DNA of 61,887 nt, the filler included. It is 12 parts of 12 records of this genome, joined end to end, with 100 filler letters (N's around TTAATTAATTAA, not from the genome) between each part and the next. Parts side by side here need not be neighbours in the genome. Positions count along the whole stretch, not along the records: positions 1 to 8,144 come from SRR7504441_1348; positions 8,245 to 12,179 come from SRR7504441_1350; 10 more parts are not named here. The stretch is one strand, 5' to 3'. Below, in pieces: positions 1-10,739 of this stretch. The notes under the pieces are model-generated. The model was not told where the DNA came from. It searched no databases and saw nothing but the letters and a program-made list of their open reading frames with translations. Each line of letters begins with the position of its first letter. Positions within the stretch are counted from its first letter, which is position 1. Position numbers and translations under genes: made by a program.

Positions 1-206
1 TACGGATAAACTCCTCGCACACTCATGCAGGCCGTGCGAAAACTAGAAATGCAGTTTTGTTTATGTACATGGGCAATAGATAACGAGTTGGACTGCATCG
101 TCGACAATAATTAAATTACGATTGCAAACCAATCTTGACTTGCATGAAGAATTTGTCACGTCATGCCGTAAGTAGTCGGCCAATGCTCAGATCCCGGCTG
201 CCAACC

Positions 207-1213
207 TTACAAGTCGATCTCATCTTCATCGATCCCTTCATCTCCATCTGCAGGCGCGTGCATTGGCGAGTGATCCGAATCAGGGCCACCACTCGCCATC
301 CCATCGTCGCCGTGCATCGGATTCCGATGCTCCGCCGCCTGGACCACTTCTGCATCGAGAACCTCTTGCTTCTTTTTCTTCTTCTTTTTCTTTTTCTCTT
401 CGTACACCGGCTCGCCATTAACATAGCACACAGGTGACTCCGGCTCTTCCTCGTCCTGGCGCCGAGGGGTCTGCATGCCTGGCACCCCCCCCAGCCGGTG
501 CCGAACCCTGTTGGTCGGATGCATTCTCTACATTCTTGTCGGCAAATGATTGGATCTCGGAAAGAAAGACATAGTGCTTCCAAATAGCGCATGGGTAGCA
601 ACAGAAGGGCTGCCCACCCGCTGTGCCCCGCAAGCCGGCGGGGGCACACACCTTGCACATTTCGTCGGCGTCGTTCAGGTGGAAGGCTTCAGCAATCCGC
701 TGACCCCACGGCTGACCCCCACCGGGTGATAGTTAGTGCCACCTTCCGCTGGATCATGATCAGCCCTCCGGCGCAACAGCTGAATTGGATCGGGGCGAAC
801 ATCGGGATCCCGCCGATCAGCATGCACGGTGCCGTGGCCAGGCAGACAGTCCAGCCTTTTTTACCGCAGCCGAAGGTTCCCTTCTCCTCCCCGTAGACGA
901 TAGTAACCGCTGACCGGGACCGGTCAGCTGCTAGCCCGGCGGAAGGGGGCCTACTCTTGCCGAGCATGCAGCACGGGCTGCAACAGCCCTGGAACAAGTG
1001 CGGGCACCATGTGCACCCGAAGCCGCAGATGCCGAGCGATTTGCTCGAATATGAGCAGCACGAGAAGTCACCCAACGCGTCCCACCGCTTCTGCGCGTAT
1101 CCGGGCGGGAGTTGCAAGTACGCATCTGCCACCCGGGTGAGGCGGCCGGGCCGGCGGGCCGTGCCTGCGGGGAGGATGAGCGACTCTGAGAGCCAGTCTA
1201 GGCCGCAAGGCAT
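207..1213 (-). CDS. PLAC8-like Cys-rich protein with acidic/Lys-rich tail (spliced)
   Basis: Cys-rich motifs GCCSPCCMLG and, after removing short GT-AG introns, QRKRIAEAFHL...PFCCYPCAIW, the PLAC8 pattern. Tail ends EDEIDL* at 207. Exon boundaries are approximate. Confidence 0.65.
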
Positions 1214-1335
1214 TGCTGCTCTTCTTCCTCAACCTCAACCGCTCTTATATATTCAGTGTTACAACGGCAGCGCTTTGGCTGTTCTTCGGCTCGAGAAGGC
1301 TGGGCTGCTCAGATCGGCGAGTACTCGGAGTAGGG

Positions 1336-2196
1336 ATGGGTAAGTACTCTGCGCTGGAGCACCTGCAGGCAATGAGCCCGCTGCGGCTGGAGGACCTGTA
1401 CTCGGTGCGCGGCAAGGTGGCGCTCGTGACTGGCGGCTCCCGCGGGATCGGGCTGATGATCGCCAAGGGCCTGGTCCAGAACGGCGCCCGCGTCTACCTG
1501 GTCAGCCGCAAGCTGCCCGCCTGTGAGCAGGTGGCCGGCGCGCTCAACGAGCTGGGCCCGGGCTCGGCAGTCCCGCTGGCGGCAGACCTGACCTCTGACG
1601 CCGACTGCCGACAGCTGGCAGAGGAGCTGTCGCGCCGGGAGAGCAGGCTGGATGTTTTGGTGAATAATGCGGGAGCCACCTGGGGCGGGGATCCGATGGG
1701 GGATTTCCCGGAGAGTGGATGGGACAAGGTGATGCGGCTGAATGTTTATTCGGTGTTCCATCTCACGCGTGCCTGCCGCCAGCTGCTCCGAGCCGGGTCC
1801 AATGGCAATCTCGACCCGTCGCACGTAATAAACATTTCAAGCGTAGCTGGCAGCCACGGCTGGGCATTCGAGCAAGACAATGCACCGAGCTACGCGGCGA
1901 GCAAGGCTGCGGTCAACAAAGTGACCCAGCTGCTGGCTGGATACCTCGTGAAGGACGGGATCTGCGTGAATGGGATTGCACCGGCTGTCTTCCCAAGTAA
2001 GATGACGTTTGACTACCAGCTGAAGACGGACGCATCCAGCCAGCGGTCTCAGAATTCGCACCCGTGTGGACGTGTGGGCAACGAGCAGGATATGGCCGGC
2101 CTGGCGCTGTTCCTAGCCTCTAAAGCCTCCGCTTTCGTGACCGGTTCCGTGATCAATCTCGACGGCGGGGTTGTCGGCATTCGAAGCAGTATGTGA
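1336..2196 (+). CDS. Classical short-chain dehydrogenase/reductase (RhlG/FabG-like)
   Basis: TGGSRGIG, LVNNAG, NISS and YAASK motifs; intronless; ends RSSM (possible PTS1 variant). Confidence 0.92.
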   Translation: MGKYSALEHLQAMSPLRLEDLYSVRGKVALVTGGSRGIGLMIAKGLVQNGARVYLVSRKLPACEQVAGALNELGPGSAVPLAADLTSDADCRQLAEELSRRESRLDVLVNNAGATWGGDPMGDFPESGWDKVMRLNVYSVFHLTRACRQLLRAGSNGNLDPSHVINISSVAGSHGWAFEQDNAPSYAASKAAVNKVTQLLAGYLVKDGICVNGIAPAVFPSKMTFDYQLKTDASSQRSQNSHPCGRVGNEQDMAGLALFLASKASAFVTGSVINLDGGVVGIRSSM

Positions 2197-2316
2197 TGAA
2201 TCTGCTGTAGCTATGTGTCATTTATCTAAATGTAGTTGGACGTATACTCGGTGTGCTCGATGCGCCATTAAAACATTTGCCCAGGATACATGTAGCATGG
2301 ATTAGGCCTAGATCAA

Positions 2317-3549
2317 TCAGAGGAGAGAGGCTGAGAGGCTGAGAGGGTCGTAAAGGAGTGCGACAGTGCGTCCCCTAGCGCAGATTACATGTAAGTAACA
2401 TGTAAGCGCATATGGAGTTGGCCAGTGAGTGTACAGACATAAGCTAAACGTTCGCTTGTACATGAAGCTCACTTCGACACTGTACATAGTTTTATAATGC
2501 CTTAGTCTCGCATATCCTGTACATTTTCTGTCATAGTTGCTCGTTCGCGGAGCGGTCATCATACGGTCATCATCTCGTGAGTCAATCTCGACACGCAACA
2601 AGTAATGATCCGAGAGCGGGATCTTCCCACGTAAAGGCGGCCGGCAAACCTTGCACTCGGCTAGGCGGCTCGCGCCACTGCCTGGCGAGCTGTATCGGAG
2701 CGCGTGATCTATGCTGCCACCTAGACAGTGTGTGGGCTCGCCCGGTGTCGATAGGAGCTCGAGCCCCGTACGCTCAATCAGCATCCGCATCGGCTCAGAG
2801 TCGGCCGGCTGATTGAAGTCACCGATCAGGTATAGTTCAAACTCGTCGGTCTGCTGCTCCATCGCCTTCAGCTCGGTAACCAGCCCAGCAATCTGCTCCA
2901 TTTGCTCCACTTTGGTCTCAGGAGCGCACCAGGGCGCGGCGGTGTGGCTGGTCACTACTGCACAGCCACAGCGCCGCTCGGGGTCCTGCCAATAACCCCA
3001 CAGCACTCCTTTATTCGCCAACCCTTCCGTGGCAGCCAGGAACCCCCGCAGCGAGCAGTCGCAGGGCGCCTTGCTGGCACTAAAAGCAACAAACCCGGAC
3101 AGCGCCGGTTGCCGGTTGGCTAGGATCAACAAGCCGGCGTCTAGCAAATGACAGCAGCTGGCGGACAGCCCATCTGCTCCGATGCAGTGCGCCCCGCTTC
3201 CCTGCCTGCGGAGCGGACCCTTTGTGTCCCAGCAGATCGGCAGCAGCCACGCGAGCAGCAGATTGATCAGAATATTGGCAGCACTCACCGGCAGCAGCAG
3301 CAGGCCGGCGCAGCACCAGACGTCGGCCAGCAGCCACTGCAGCCCGGCCATCAGCCAGTTTGTAAGCCAGCCCACAGCGCCGCAGCGCCAGCCCCAGGCC
3401 TCTTGGAAGCAATGCACCCGCAGCCCGGCCCCCGGAGGCAGCTCCGGCTCCAGCCAGCCCCACCACTCGAACGACCGCCCGAAGGTGCGCGGCGAGCCCA
3501 CTGGGATGCCCCACACGTTCCAGCTCGACAGCAGCGTGAGCCGCGTCAT
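2317..3549 (-). CDS. Endonuclease/exonuclease/phosphatase (EEP) family protein, sphingomyelinase-like
   Basis: SWNV, FQEAW, ANKGVL, SHT, GDFN, IDH and SDH motifs in order. True start and C-terminal end are uncertain. Confidence 0.75.
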   Translation of the reverse strand: MTRLTLLSSWNVWGIPVGSPRTFGRSFEWWGWLEPELPPGAGLRVHCFQEAWGWRCGAVGWLTNWLMAGLQWLLADVWCCAGLLLLPVSAANILINLLLAWLLPICWDTKGPLRRQGSGAHCIGADGLSASCCHLLDAGLLILANRQPALSGFVAFSASKAPCDCSLRGFLAATEGLANKGVLWGYWQDPERRCGCAVVTSHTAAPWCAPETKVEQMEQIAGLVTELKAMEQQTDEFELYLIGDFNQPADSEPMRMLIERTGLELLSTPGEPTHCLGGSIDHALRYSSPGSGASRLAECKVCRPPLRGKIPLSDHYLLRVEIDSRDDDRMMTAPRTSNYDRKCTGYARLRHYKTMYSVEVSFMYKRTFSLCLYTHWPTPYALTCYLHVICARGRTVALLYDPLSLSASLL

Positions 3550-3832
3550 CCTCGACCGCAGCGAAGCGGGACCTCCCGAAGGAGTAACGGAATTTTTAAT
3601 CAAAGCTGCATCCATTCTCTCTAGCTATAGACATCGCGCGATATCGCGACGGAAAAGAGCCTTTGAATAAAAGCATTGCCAAATGATTAAAGCAAAAGCA
3701 GTGAGCTTGTGTATTTTGCCTAGGTGGCTAGGCGGTTACTTGAAGCCGTACAGTAATAATTAAGTAATAATGACTGCTATCATGATGATGAATGAATGAT
3801 GAGCACTTCAACTTACATACGCAATCACGTAA

Positions 3833-5975
3833 TTAATTCGGCAGCAACGACTTCTCAAATTCAGCATACCTAAGACCAGTCTATGAGCCCAAGCCAGCCG
3901 GCCCGATCACCGGTCGAGCATCGGCCGATACACAGACTCGGCCGCACCCTGGGTTGGATCACACGTCTTGCTCAACTGATCAGGCAAGTGGAGCTCATCA
4001 AACGACACAAACCCCTCACGATGGCACCGCCAGCCTGGTCCAACGCTCAGTTAGCACCGACGCAGCGCTCCACCGTGCATGGCCCGGAGCGCTGCCCCCA
4101 GCGAGGCCGAATCGGTGCTTGGAGCGGTGAAAACCGGCGCGCCAAATACATCAGAGAGCACTTGCAGGATTGCGGTGTTGGCCGAGGCTCCGCCTGCCAG
4201 CCCAGCTCAGCCACGCCGGGCCAGCCGCCGACCGGTGGCAATCACGCGGCCCGGGTTCCCGATGCCAATAGACTGGGAGTGCAGCTTGAGGGAGAGAGCC
4301 ATACCTGCAACTGGCTGGTGGCTTACCTCGCCAGCAGCCTTCACCTTCTATCAACGCACGCGCCTCAGTCTCAGGCGCGAAAGAGGCCGCCCCGCTGCCG
4401 TCAGCCCGGAATCGGCGCGTGCCCTGTACAGCGCAGCTCGAGTCCGGCCAGAGACCGGCCGCTTACTGCCGGCAGCGCGGGCGTGATCTCGTCATCACCG
4501 ATATAGAACCCAATATGCCCCTTGTTCCCGAGAGGGGCTGACTCGAGCAGCGCGTTGAAATGGTCCCAGTTCTTACCGGGGCAGATCTCGGCCTTGACTC
4601 TCTCCCTGTTGAGCGAGCCGTTCTTGTAGCAAAGCATGACCATGAACTCGTCGGGGTCGACAGGAGAGACAAACACGTGACCTGCACCGCCTCAACCAGC
4701 AGCCTCCAGCCGGCGCGCCTTCAGTGGTGGGCGCCACCTGCTTGGTGAGCCCGAACAGCGTGTCCGAGGTGCCCATCGACACCTGCCAAACCTAACGCTG
4801 GCTACAGCGCTCCAGTCACCGCAATGTCGCCTGAGCCGATCCCGAGCCCAGCAACAGAGCAGGGGTTGTCCCCGGACCAGGCCACCAGCTGGCACTCGGG
4901 CGCAAATCCGTAGCTGCGCCCAGGCTGGCCGTAGGGCGAGTGCGCGGGCTAACCGGGTCTGGAAGTATGGCGAGATCTGGCCAACAACTTGATGTGAGGC
5001 CGACAGCTCGCCGAGCTTGGCCGCAGCGCCCTCGCCGAGCAGCTCGAGCACCGGCTTGGCCCACTGCTTGCTGTGCAGCTCCATCGCGTTCATCCCTCCC
5101 GCGTCGCCTGCCGCAACGGCTATGGCACCAAACTGCCGAGCTAGGCCCACTGTGATCTATTGGAGCGTATTTGCCAGCCAACAGCGAGCACATAAACGAG
5201 GAAACGAGGCTCACCCGCTCGCACCGCTGCCCCCCGGCTCACTGCGCGCCCCGGCCGGCCGGCCGCCTGGTATCCAGGGTCGTTGAGCCGTTTGGCCATT
5301 TGATTAGCTGTAAACCGCTCGTACGCTCTGCCAACCAACCTCAGCTGGGATCGGCCTGGCCGGACCGGGAGCCCGTGAGCTGAGCCGTGGCCAGCGGCCC
5401 GCCCAGCGCAGCTTCGAGCAGTTTGCACTGCATCTTGGTGCTAGAGTCCATCCTGCCCGTTGCTCCCGCCCTTGCTCCGCCCCCAACCCACCAAATGGGC
5501 CCCGCAGGCACCGCGAACGCGCCACTCAGTTGGGGGGCGAGCGGGCTGGCCGGGTCAAGCCCGGCGAGCGTGGCCTCCCCGCCGCTGGCCCAGTAGACGC
5601 TCCCGTGCTGTTGGCCGCTCCCGGAGACCGCCTGCACTTGGCCGAAGTCAAACTGTTGCTCGCTCAGCCGGTCCAGAAGCAGATCCAGAGCCTCGGCGAA
5701 CATTAGGCTCGGCGCCGTGACCACCCCGCCCTCGGCCTGCCCCCAAAGCTCGCCCGGCCCGGCCCGAGCCGCACCTTGATCGCGCCGCCGGAGGTGCCGT
5801 GCCCCGGCAGGTCGGCGTCGTAGTTGACCGCGGCCTGGGCGACCGGTTGGCGGTGCTGGTCCAGGGCGGTGGCCTTGAGGCCCTGGGTTGAGCTGTCCAG
5901 CCCGAGGAACAGTCCGCGCCCTCCGCTACAGAACCGGCGGTGGCCGCCCAACAACTGGCGAGTCGCCCCGAGCAT
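3833..5975 (-). CDS. XYLB: Xylulose kinase (eukaryotic FGGY family), multi-exon
   Basis: LGLDSSTQGLK, SGSGQQHGSVYW, W|MDSST, AYERFT, SLVSSF, GDNP, SMGTSDT and MLCYKNGSL. About a dozen short introns restore the frame. Confidence 0.93.
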
Positions 5976-6014
5976 GGCACTGAAAAAGTCGTTAGAGCCG
6001 GCCGAGGTGAGCCG

Positions 6015-6621
6015 ATGCTGGAGGTGAGCCGCCGACTGGACAGGCTGCTCAAGCAGCACAAGCAGCGGGTCGGCGTGCTGGAAGCCACCACCGGCGGACT
6101 GATCAACGCCGCCTGCGTCAGCTGCCCAGGCTCCTCCAGGTCTCCCGCCCGCCGCTGCCTCACCTGACGGCCGAGGCCTAGCTACTATGTCGGCGGGGCC
6201 TGCCTCTACGCCGCGGGCTCAATGCGCGCCTTCCTGCCGGCGCCGGTGCTGCGGGCCAGCGGCGTGATGTCTAGGAGCAACTACGAGGGCAAGGCGGTAT
6301 ACATCGAGTCCAAGCGCAGATTTGTACTCCACGCAGCTCGGCACGGCCGCCAGGCGCTCCGGTGCACCTGGTCCGCTGCTGCCCGGGGCTCGGGCGAGCC
6401 TGGGCAGGTGCGTGGCCGAGAGCGGCAGCTGCGGACCGGATTTCAGGGTGCCGGGTGTGGAGGCGGGCTTCACAGCATTGTGTGTGAGCGGGCCGGTGGA
6501 GAAGGTGGTGGTGGTGGAGTCAGGAAGCGCCGATAGGGAGGGCAACATGCGGCTGTTCACCGAGCGGGCGCTGGAGCTGCTCGAGCAATGCATTGTTGAG
6601 GCGGTCGGGAGCAAGCTATGA
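6015..6621 (+). CDS. CinA C-terminal/PncC (NMN deamidase)-like protein ending in SKL
   Basis: EATTGGLINAA...PGSS|SYYVGG, CVAESGSCGP, ALCVSGP and DREGNM; two short introns; C-terminal GSKL*. Confidence 0.8.
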
Positions 6622-6697
6622 AGTACACAACTATAGTTTATGGTAACACTACTGACTCGAATACATCAGGTCGCCAGTAGAAACTACATGCAAAGAC

Positions 6698-7765
6698 TTA
6701 CATATACGGGGTGTACTGCGGCATATAGCCGGGATCGAGCCCCGAGCGGCAACTAGGGAATCCGTTGTTCTGGTTCTGGCTAGGTGATGCCCCCGCTGCC
6801 CCACAAGATCAGTCGGCTTGTCGGCCACAGCGGGTACCAGCAAACCAGCCCGGTCCGCCAGAAGCCTCCCACCCAGATTCCGTCGAAGGCTGCGGAGCCC
6901 GGCGGTTCATGGGCTGCTTGGCGTCGTACTCTCTCCTCTTGAGAGGGTCACTCAGCACCTCGTACGCCTCCGTGATTCTTTTGAACGCAAAATCGTCCGC
7001 AGGGTCCTTCCGTTTGTCCGGATGCCATACACGGGCCAGCTCCCTGAACGCCTTCCTAATCTCATCCGCCGCGGCCGCCTGCCCACGCGCTCGCCCCCCG
7101 GCCGACTGCACCACTCCTACCCTGTGGACTCCTAGCACCCTGTACCAGTCCTTAGAATTAATATCCGCCCTTTCTCGCCGCTCCTCGGCCATCCGATTCA
7201 GCTCGGCCTCCATCTGCTCCAGCGAGTCCGACTGGCCCGCCAGCACCTCCTCGAGCAGCTGTCGGGCTCTCTCGGCGGTAGGAGATTCCGGGGGCGAGTG
7301 CGTCTTGACCGAGGGCCCCCTTCGGCGCATCCTGTCCCGATGTAGCTCCTGGCGCAGCTCGACCGCCATCGACTCGGCGATCCGGGCCCGCGAGTTAACG
7401 GACTCGAACTGCTTCTTCAGCGCCTCCATCTCCTCCTCCTTCGCTTCTAGTGCGCTGACCACGGCCCGCCGCGCCCTCTTCTCGGCCTCGGCCGCCTTCT
7501 TGGCCTGGGCCAGCTTGACTGTCTTGAGCCGCTCGTTGAGCAGCTGCTCGCCCAGACTCCGCACCTGGGCCTCGGCCGCACTGGCCTGGGCCTTGAGTGC
7601 ATCCTGCTCCTCCGCCTGTGCCCTGAGCACCTCCTGCAGAAGCTCCACCCTCCGGGCCGGGGCCGTCGAGGGCTCAGGGTCGGAGGGTGGAGCTTCTGCA
7701 GGAGGTGTTCCGGGCGGGTCGGCCAGCGGGTCCGGCTGGCCTTCCTTGGCTGGGGCGCAGCCCAT
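6698..7765 (-). CDS. Coiled-coil protein with DnaJ (J) domain
   Basis: DWYRVLGV...IRKAFRELARVWHPDK...FKRITEAYEVLSDPLKRREYD; MGC N-terminus (possible acylation); short introns. Confidence 0.85.
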
Positions 7766-7881
7766 CCTCAGGACTGGCTCCCTACCACCGCAGCGTGCAG
7801 GCCGCCGATTTCTAACGGTCTCGAAGAAGGAAATCTCACGAGCGGAGCGTCCACCCACCCACCACCCCTGCCAATGTCGGA

Positions 7882-8144
7882 ATGATCTTCTGCTCGTGCG
7901 CCAATTGTGCGGGCGACCAGCCGGCCGCCGCCCCGGCCGCAACCCCAGAACAAGCCGCGCAGCGGCTGAAACTACGGGAGATGCGTGCGGAGCTCTCCCG
8001 GCTGGTCTCCTCGAAGGACCGCTCTGCTAAAGAGCGAATCCCGGGCTTAAAGGCGGAGTACAAGGCGCTGAGGGCTGCTGCAGCGGGGAAGCCCAGGCAG
8101 ACTGTGATCGTCGGCGGCATGGGAGCGGCCTCGCGAGCTATCAA
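7882..8144 (+). CDS. 5' fragment of an unknown protein, cut by contig end
   Basis: ATG-initiated frame open to the contig end, divergent from the DnaJ gene; no recognisable motif. Confidence 0.35.
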
Positions 8145-8244
8145 NNNNNNNNNNNNNNNNNNNNNNNNNNNNNNNNNNNNNNNNNNNNTTAATTAATTAA
8201 NNNNNNNNNNNNNNNNNNNNNNNNNNNNNNNNNNNNNNNNNNNN
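8145..8244. other. Artificial contig spacer
   Basis: 44 N + TTAATTAATTAA (stops in all six frames) + 44 N. Confidence 0.99.
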
Positions 8245-8725
8245 TTTCTTTCAATGAATTCACACTGTTGTTGTTTTGTTGTTCCCATCGCAGAAGTGTT
8301 GAACTGTTGATGGTTGTTCGCGTGGTGATGGCTGCCCTGAGCCGCTGCCTGGGATGTAGCGGCCTCTACCTCGAGCGCCTGCTGCTCACGGAGCTCCGCC
8401 AGCTGAACCGCATGGTCCGCCAGCTCACGCGCGAGCTCCGCCCGCCACCGGGCGGCGACGTGCGACGCGCAGGGCTCCTGCACCGACCTTCCGTCAATCC
8501 GAGCGGGCTCCACCACTCGATTACAAAGGTGGTCACATCCTGCATCAATAACTGAGATCTCTCGGTTTAGATGGTTGCTGCTGCTTGAAGCGTTATATGG
8601 TCCCCATAGGTCCCCATCCCTGTGCGGCTTCTCCAGACCGGCCGGCACCGAACCCTGACGCATGCGTGTGGCCGTTTGCTGAGAATCCCGAATCGACGGC
8701 ACGGGCTGACGGCCCACATCTGTGG

Positions 8726-9796
8726 ATGGGTCGGGGCTGGCTGCTGGCGTCGGCGGGGTTGGTGGCCGTGGCAGCGGTCGGGGCCGGGCTGTGGGCGAGT
8801 GGCGCGCTGTGGCTGCCCAGCGGGCTGCCCGGCTTCCTGCGGGCCTTGCTGCTCGAAAACACCGGGCCTCGGGTGGGCCGCACCGCGGCTCAGCTGGCGG
8901 CCGGGGCAGACTGGCGCAACAGGAGCGTCCTCATCACCGGGGCCAACGCCGGGATCGGGTTCGAGACGGCTCTTGTAGCGGCCGGTCGCGGGGCCCGCGT
9001 CCTGCTCGGCTGCCGCAACCGAGATAAATGCGAGGCTGCCGCCGGGAGGATACGAGACCTTGTCAGCGCGCCGGCGACGGTCGAGGTGGTCGAGTCGGAT
9101 CTGAGCTCGCTGGCGGCGGTTCGGCGGGCGGCCCGGCAGCTGCGGGGGGAGCCGCTCGATTTTCTGGTTAACAACGCAGGTGTGATGCAGCTGCCGCGGT
9201 GGGAGCCGTCAGCTGAGGGTGTGGAGAAGACGTTCGCAGTGAACCATTTGGGCCACTGGCTGCTGACGGAGCTGCTCCGGTCGCAGCTTCGGCCGGGGGG
9301 TAAGGTGATCATACTCAGCTCCGTGGCGCATACCATGATCACCCGATCCGAGCTGGATCACCTCATCTCCCTCGGGATAATCCCGCTGAATAGAGAGCGG
9401 TACGACAGCTTGTTAGCGTACGCGCTGTCCAAGGCCGCCAATGCGCTACACGCCCTGGCGCTCCGTCGGTCGGGCCTGGCCGCTGTGGCCGTACACCCCG
9501 GAGTAGTGGCGACCGAGCTCGACCGGCACAGCCTGCTGGCCCGAGTGGTTTACAGATGGCTGCTCCCCGCAGTTGGATTCGTCACAGGACGTCAGTTGAT
9601 CAAGCCAGTCCCCGAGGGCGCGGCCAGCACGATTGCGGCTATGCTCGATCCTGGCCAGGCCGCTTATTATGCTGACGGGCTACCGGTTGAGAGTGACAGC
9701 CTGCGGCTGGATCGGGCGCTGATCTTGGATGAGCAACTAGCAGAGCGGATGGACAAGCTCTCCCGAGATTTAGTCGAGATTAAAGGCTTTCTATAG
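8726..9796 (+). CDS. Retinol dehydrogenase/WWOX-like SDR with N-terminal membrane anchor
   Basis: ITGANAGIG, LVNNAGVM, FAVNHLGHWLLT, YALSKAAN and VHPGVVATEL; hydrophobic N-terminus. Confidence 0.9.
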   Translation: MGRGWLLASAGLVAVAAVGAGLWASGALWLPSGLPGFLRALLLENTGPRVGRTAAQLAAGADWRNRSVLITGANAGIGFETALVAAGRGARVLLGCRNRDKCEAAAGRIRDLVSAPATVEVVESDLSSLAAVRRAARQLRGEPLDFLVNNAGVMQLPRWEPSAEGVEKTFAVNHLGHWLLTELLRSQLRPGGKVIILSSVAHTMITRSELDHLISLGIIPLNRERYDSLLAYALSKAANALHALALRRSGLAAVAVHPGVVATELDRHSLLARVVYRWLLPAVGFVTGRQLIKPVPEGAASTIAAMLDPGQAAYYADGLPVESDSLRLDRALILDEQLAERMDKLSRDLVEIKGFL

Positions 9797-9903
9797 AGGT
9801 TTGCAAACTCGGGTCCTTGATTGTACGTAATTTTATGTGTAACCCGCCGGCGGCTGCTCTGACTTTAAGTGTGCAAAATATCATCGCATTAATTCGAGAT
9901 TAA

Positions 9904-10668
9904 TTAATCACTATCGATAACGGGATTTCCCCTTCCATTTCGATCGTGTCTCGTTCCATTTTGAACATCAAGAGTCGAATCCGCATCAACGTCGCTGTCC
10001 TCCACGAGCGCCTTCCGCACCTCTGCCTCGTAAAGGTCCTCCTCGTCCCCGTCATCATGAACGACGTGCCACAACGCTTGTTCCTCCTCCGGGTCGTCGC
10101 CTGCTGGCGCCCACTTGGTGATCCGGCCCCGACCTGTGTTGCCGTTGTCGTAGCGTCGCATCACAGATCTGTCCAGCCAAGCGTGCCCGGTGTGCTGCCA
10201 CGGGATCGGCACGTTCTCTTCCTCGGCTTCGTCCTCAGGGATCGGCGCGTTCTCGTCCTCGGCTTCGTTCTTACTATCATCAGCTTCGACGTTGCCATCA
10301 TGATCGTCGTCGTCACTACGCTCCTCCTCGCCGTTGCTCTCCTCCTCTTCCTCGTCCCTATCATCACTGAGTGGTTTGTATCGGACTTTCCACCTGCCGT
10401 GATCTGGGTTGTAAGTTTTGGGATTCACTCGCTCTTCAAAATAAGTGAAGTTTTCCTCGTTCAGGCTGTCAAAACAGAACACAATGATAGCTATATTGGT
10501 GAGAGGCGAGTAAAACACATGCGTTTGACTTTCCTTGTTGTTTGAAGCATACACGAGCAGCCCGTTTTGTACGTCTGCAATCTGGCAATCGCGGCATGCT
10601 TTCCACAGCTGTGTCGCGACACAGTGGAGGAGGCGCCAGCGGAGGATGTTAAACGCGTACGGTTCCAC
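9904..10668 (-). CDS. Acidic protein with Tudor-like domain
   Basis: GHAWLDRSVMRRY...GRITKW...ALWHVVHDDGDEEDLYEAEV resembles Tudor-like modules; internal duplication EAEDENAPIP/EAEEENVPIP. Start uncertain. Confidence 0.55.
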   Translation of the reverse strand: MEPYAFNILRWRLLHCVATQLWKACRDCQIADVQNGLLVYASNNKESQTHVFYSPLTNIAIIVFCFDSLNEENFTYFEERVNPKTYNPDHGRWKVRYKPLSDDRDEEEEESNGEEERSDDDDHDGNVEADDSKNEAEDENAPIPEDEAEEENVPIPWQHTGHAWLDRSVMRRYDNGNTGRGRITKWAPAGDDPEEEQALWHVVHDDGDEEDLYEAEVRKALVEDSDVDADSTLDVQNGTRHDRNGRGNPVIDSD

Positions 10669-10739
10669 ATTACCGAGGTAAACCTATCTGATCTACCTAC
10701 CACAACTGTTGTGATAAACCCTCCTTGGCCCTTCGCCAG

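Noticed and set aside
6765-8030. Long antisense ORFs (e.g. 6765-8030, 30787-31725, 37553-38614)
   Set aside because: Shadow frames of GC-rich coding genes on the opposite strand, with no motifs of their own.
8268-8555. Short ORF upstream of the SDR gene
   Set aside because: No motif and next to a contig edge; cannot be supported as a gene.
10700-10735. VVINPPW as an amino-methyltransferase motif IV next to McrB
   Set aside because: No SAM-binding motif nearby, and the segment falls inside a probable intron (10678-10739).
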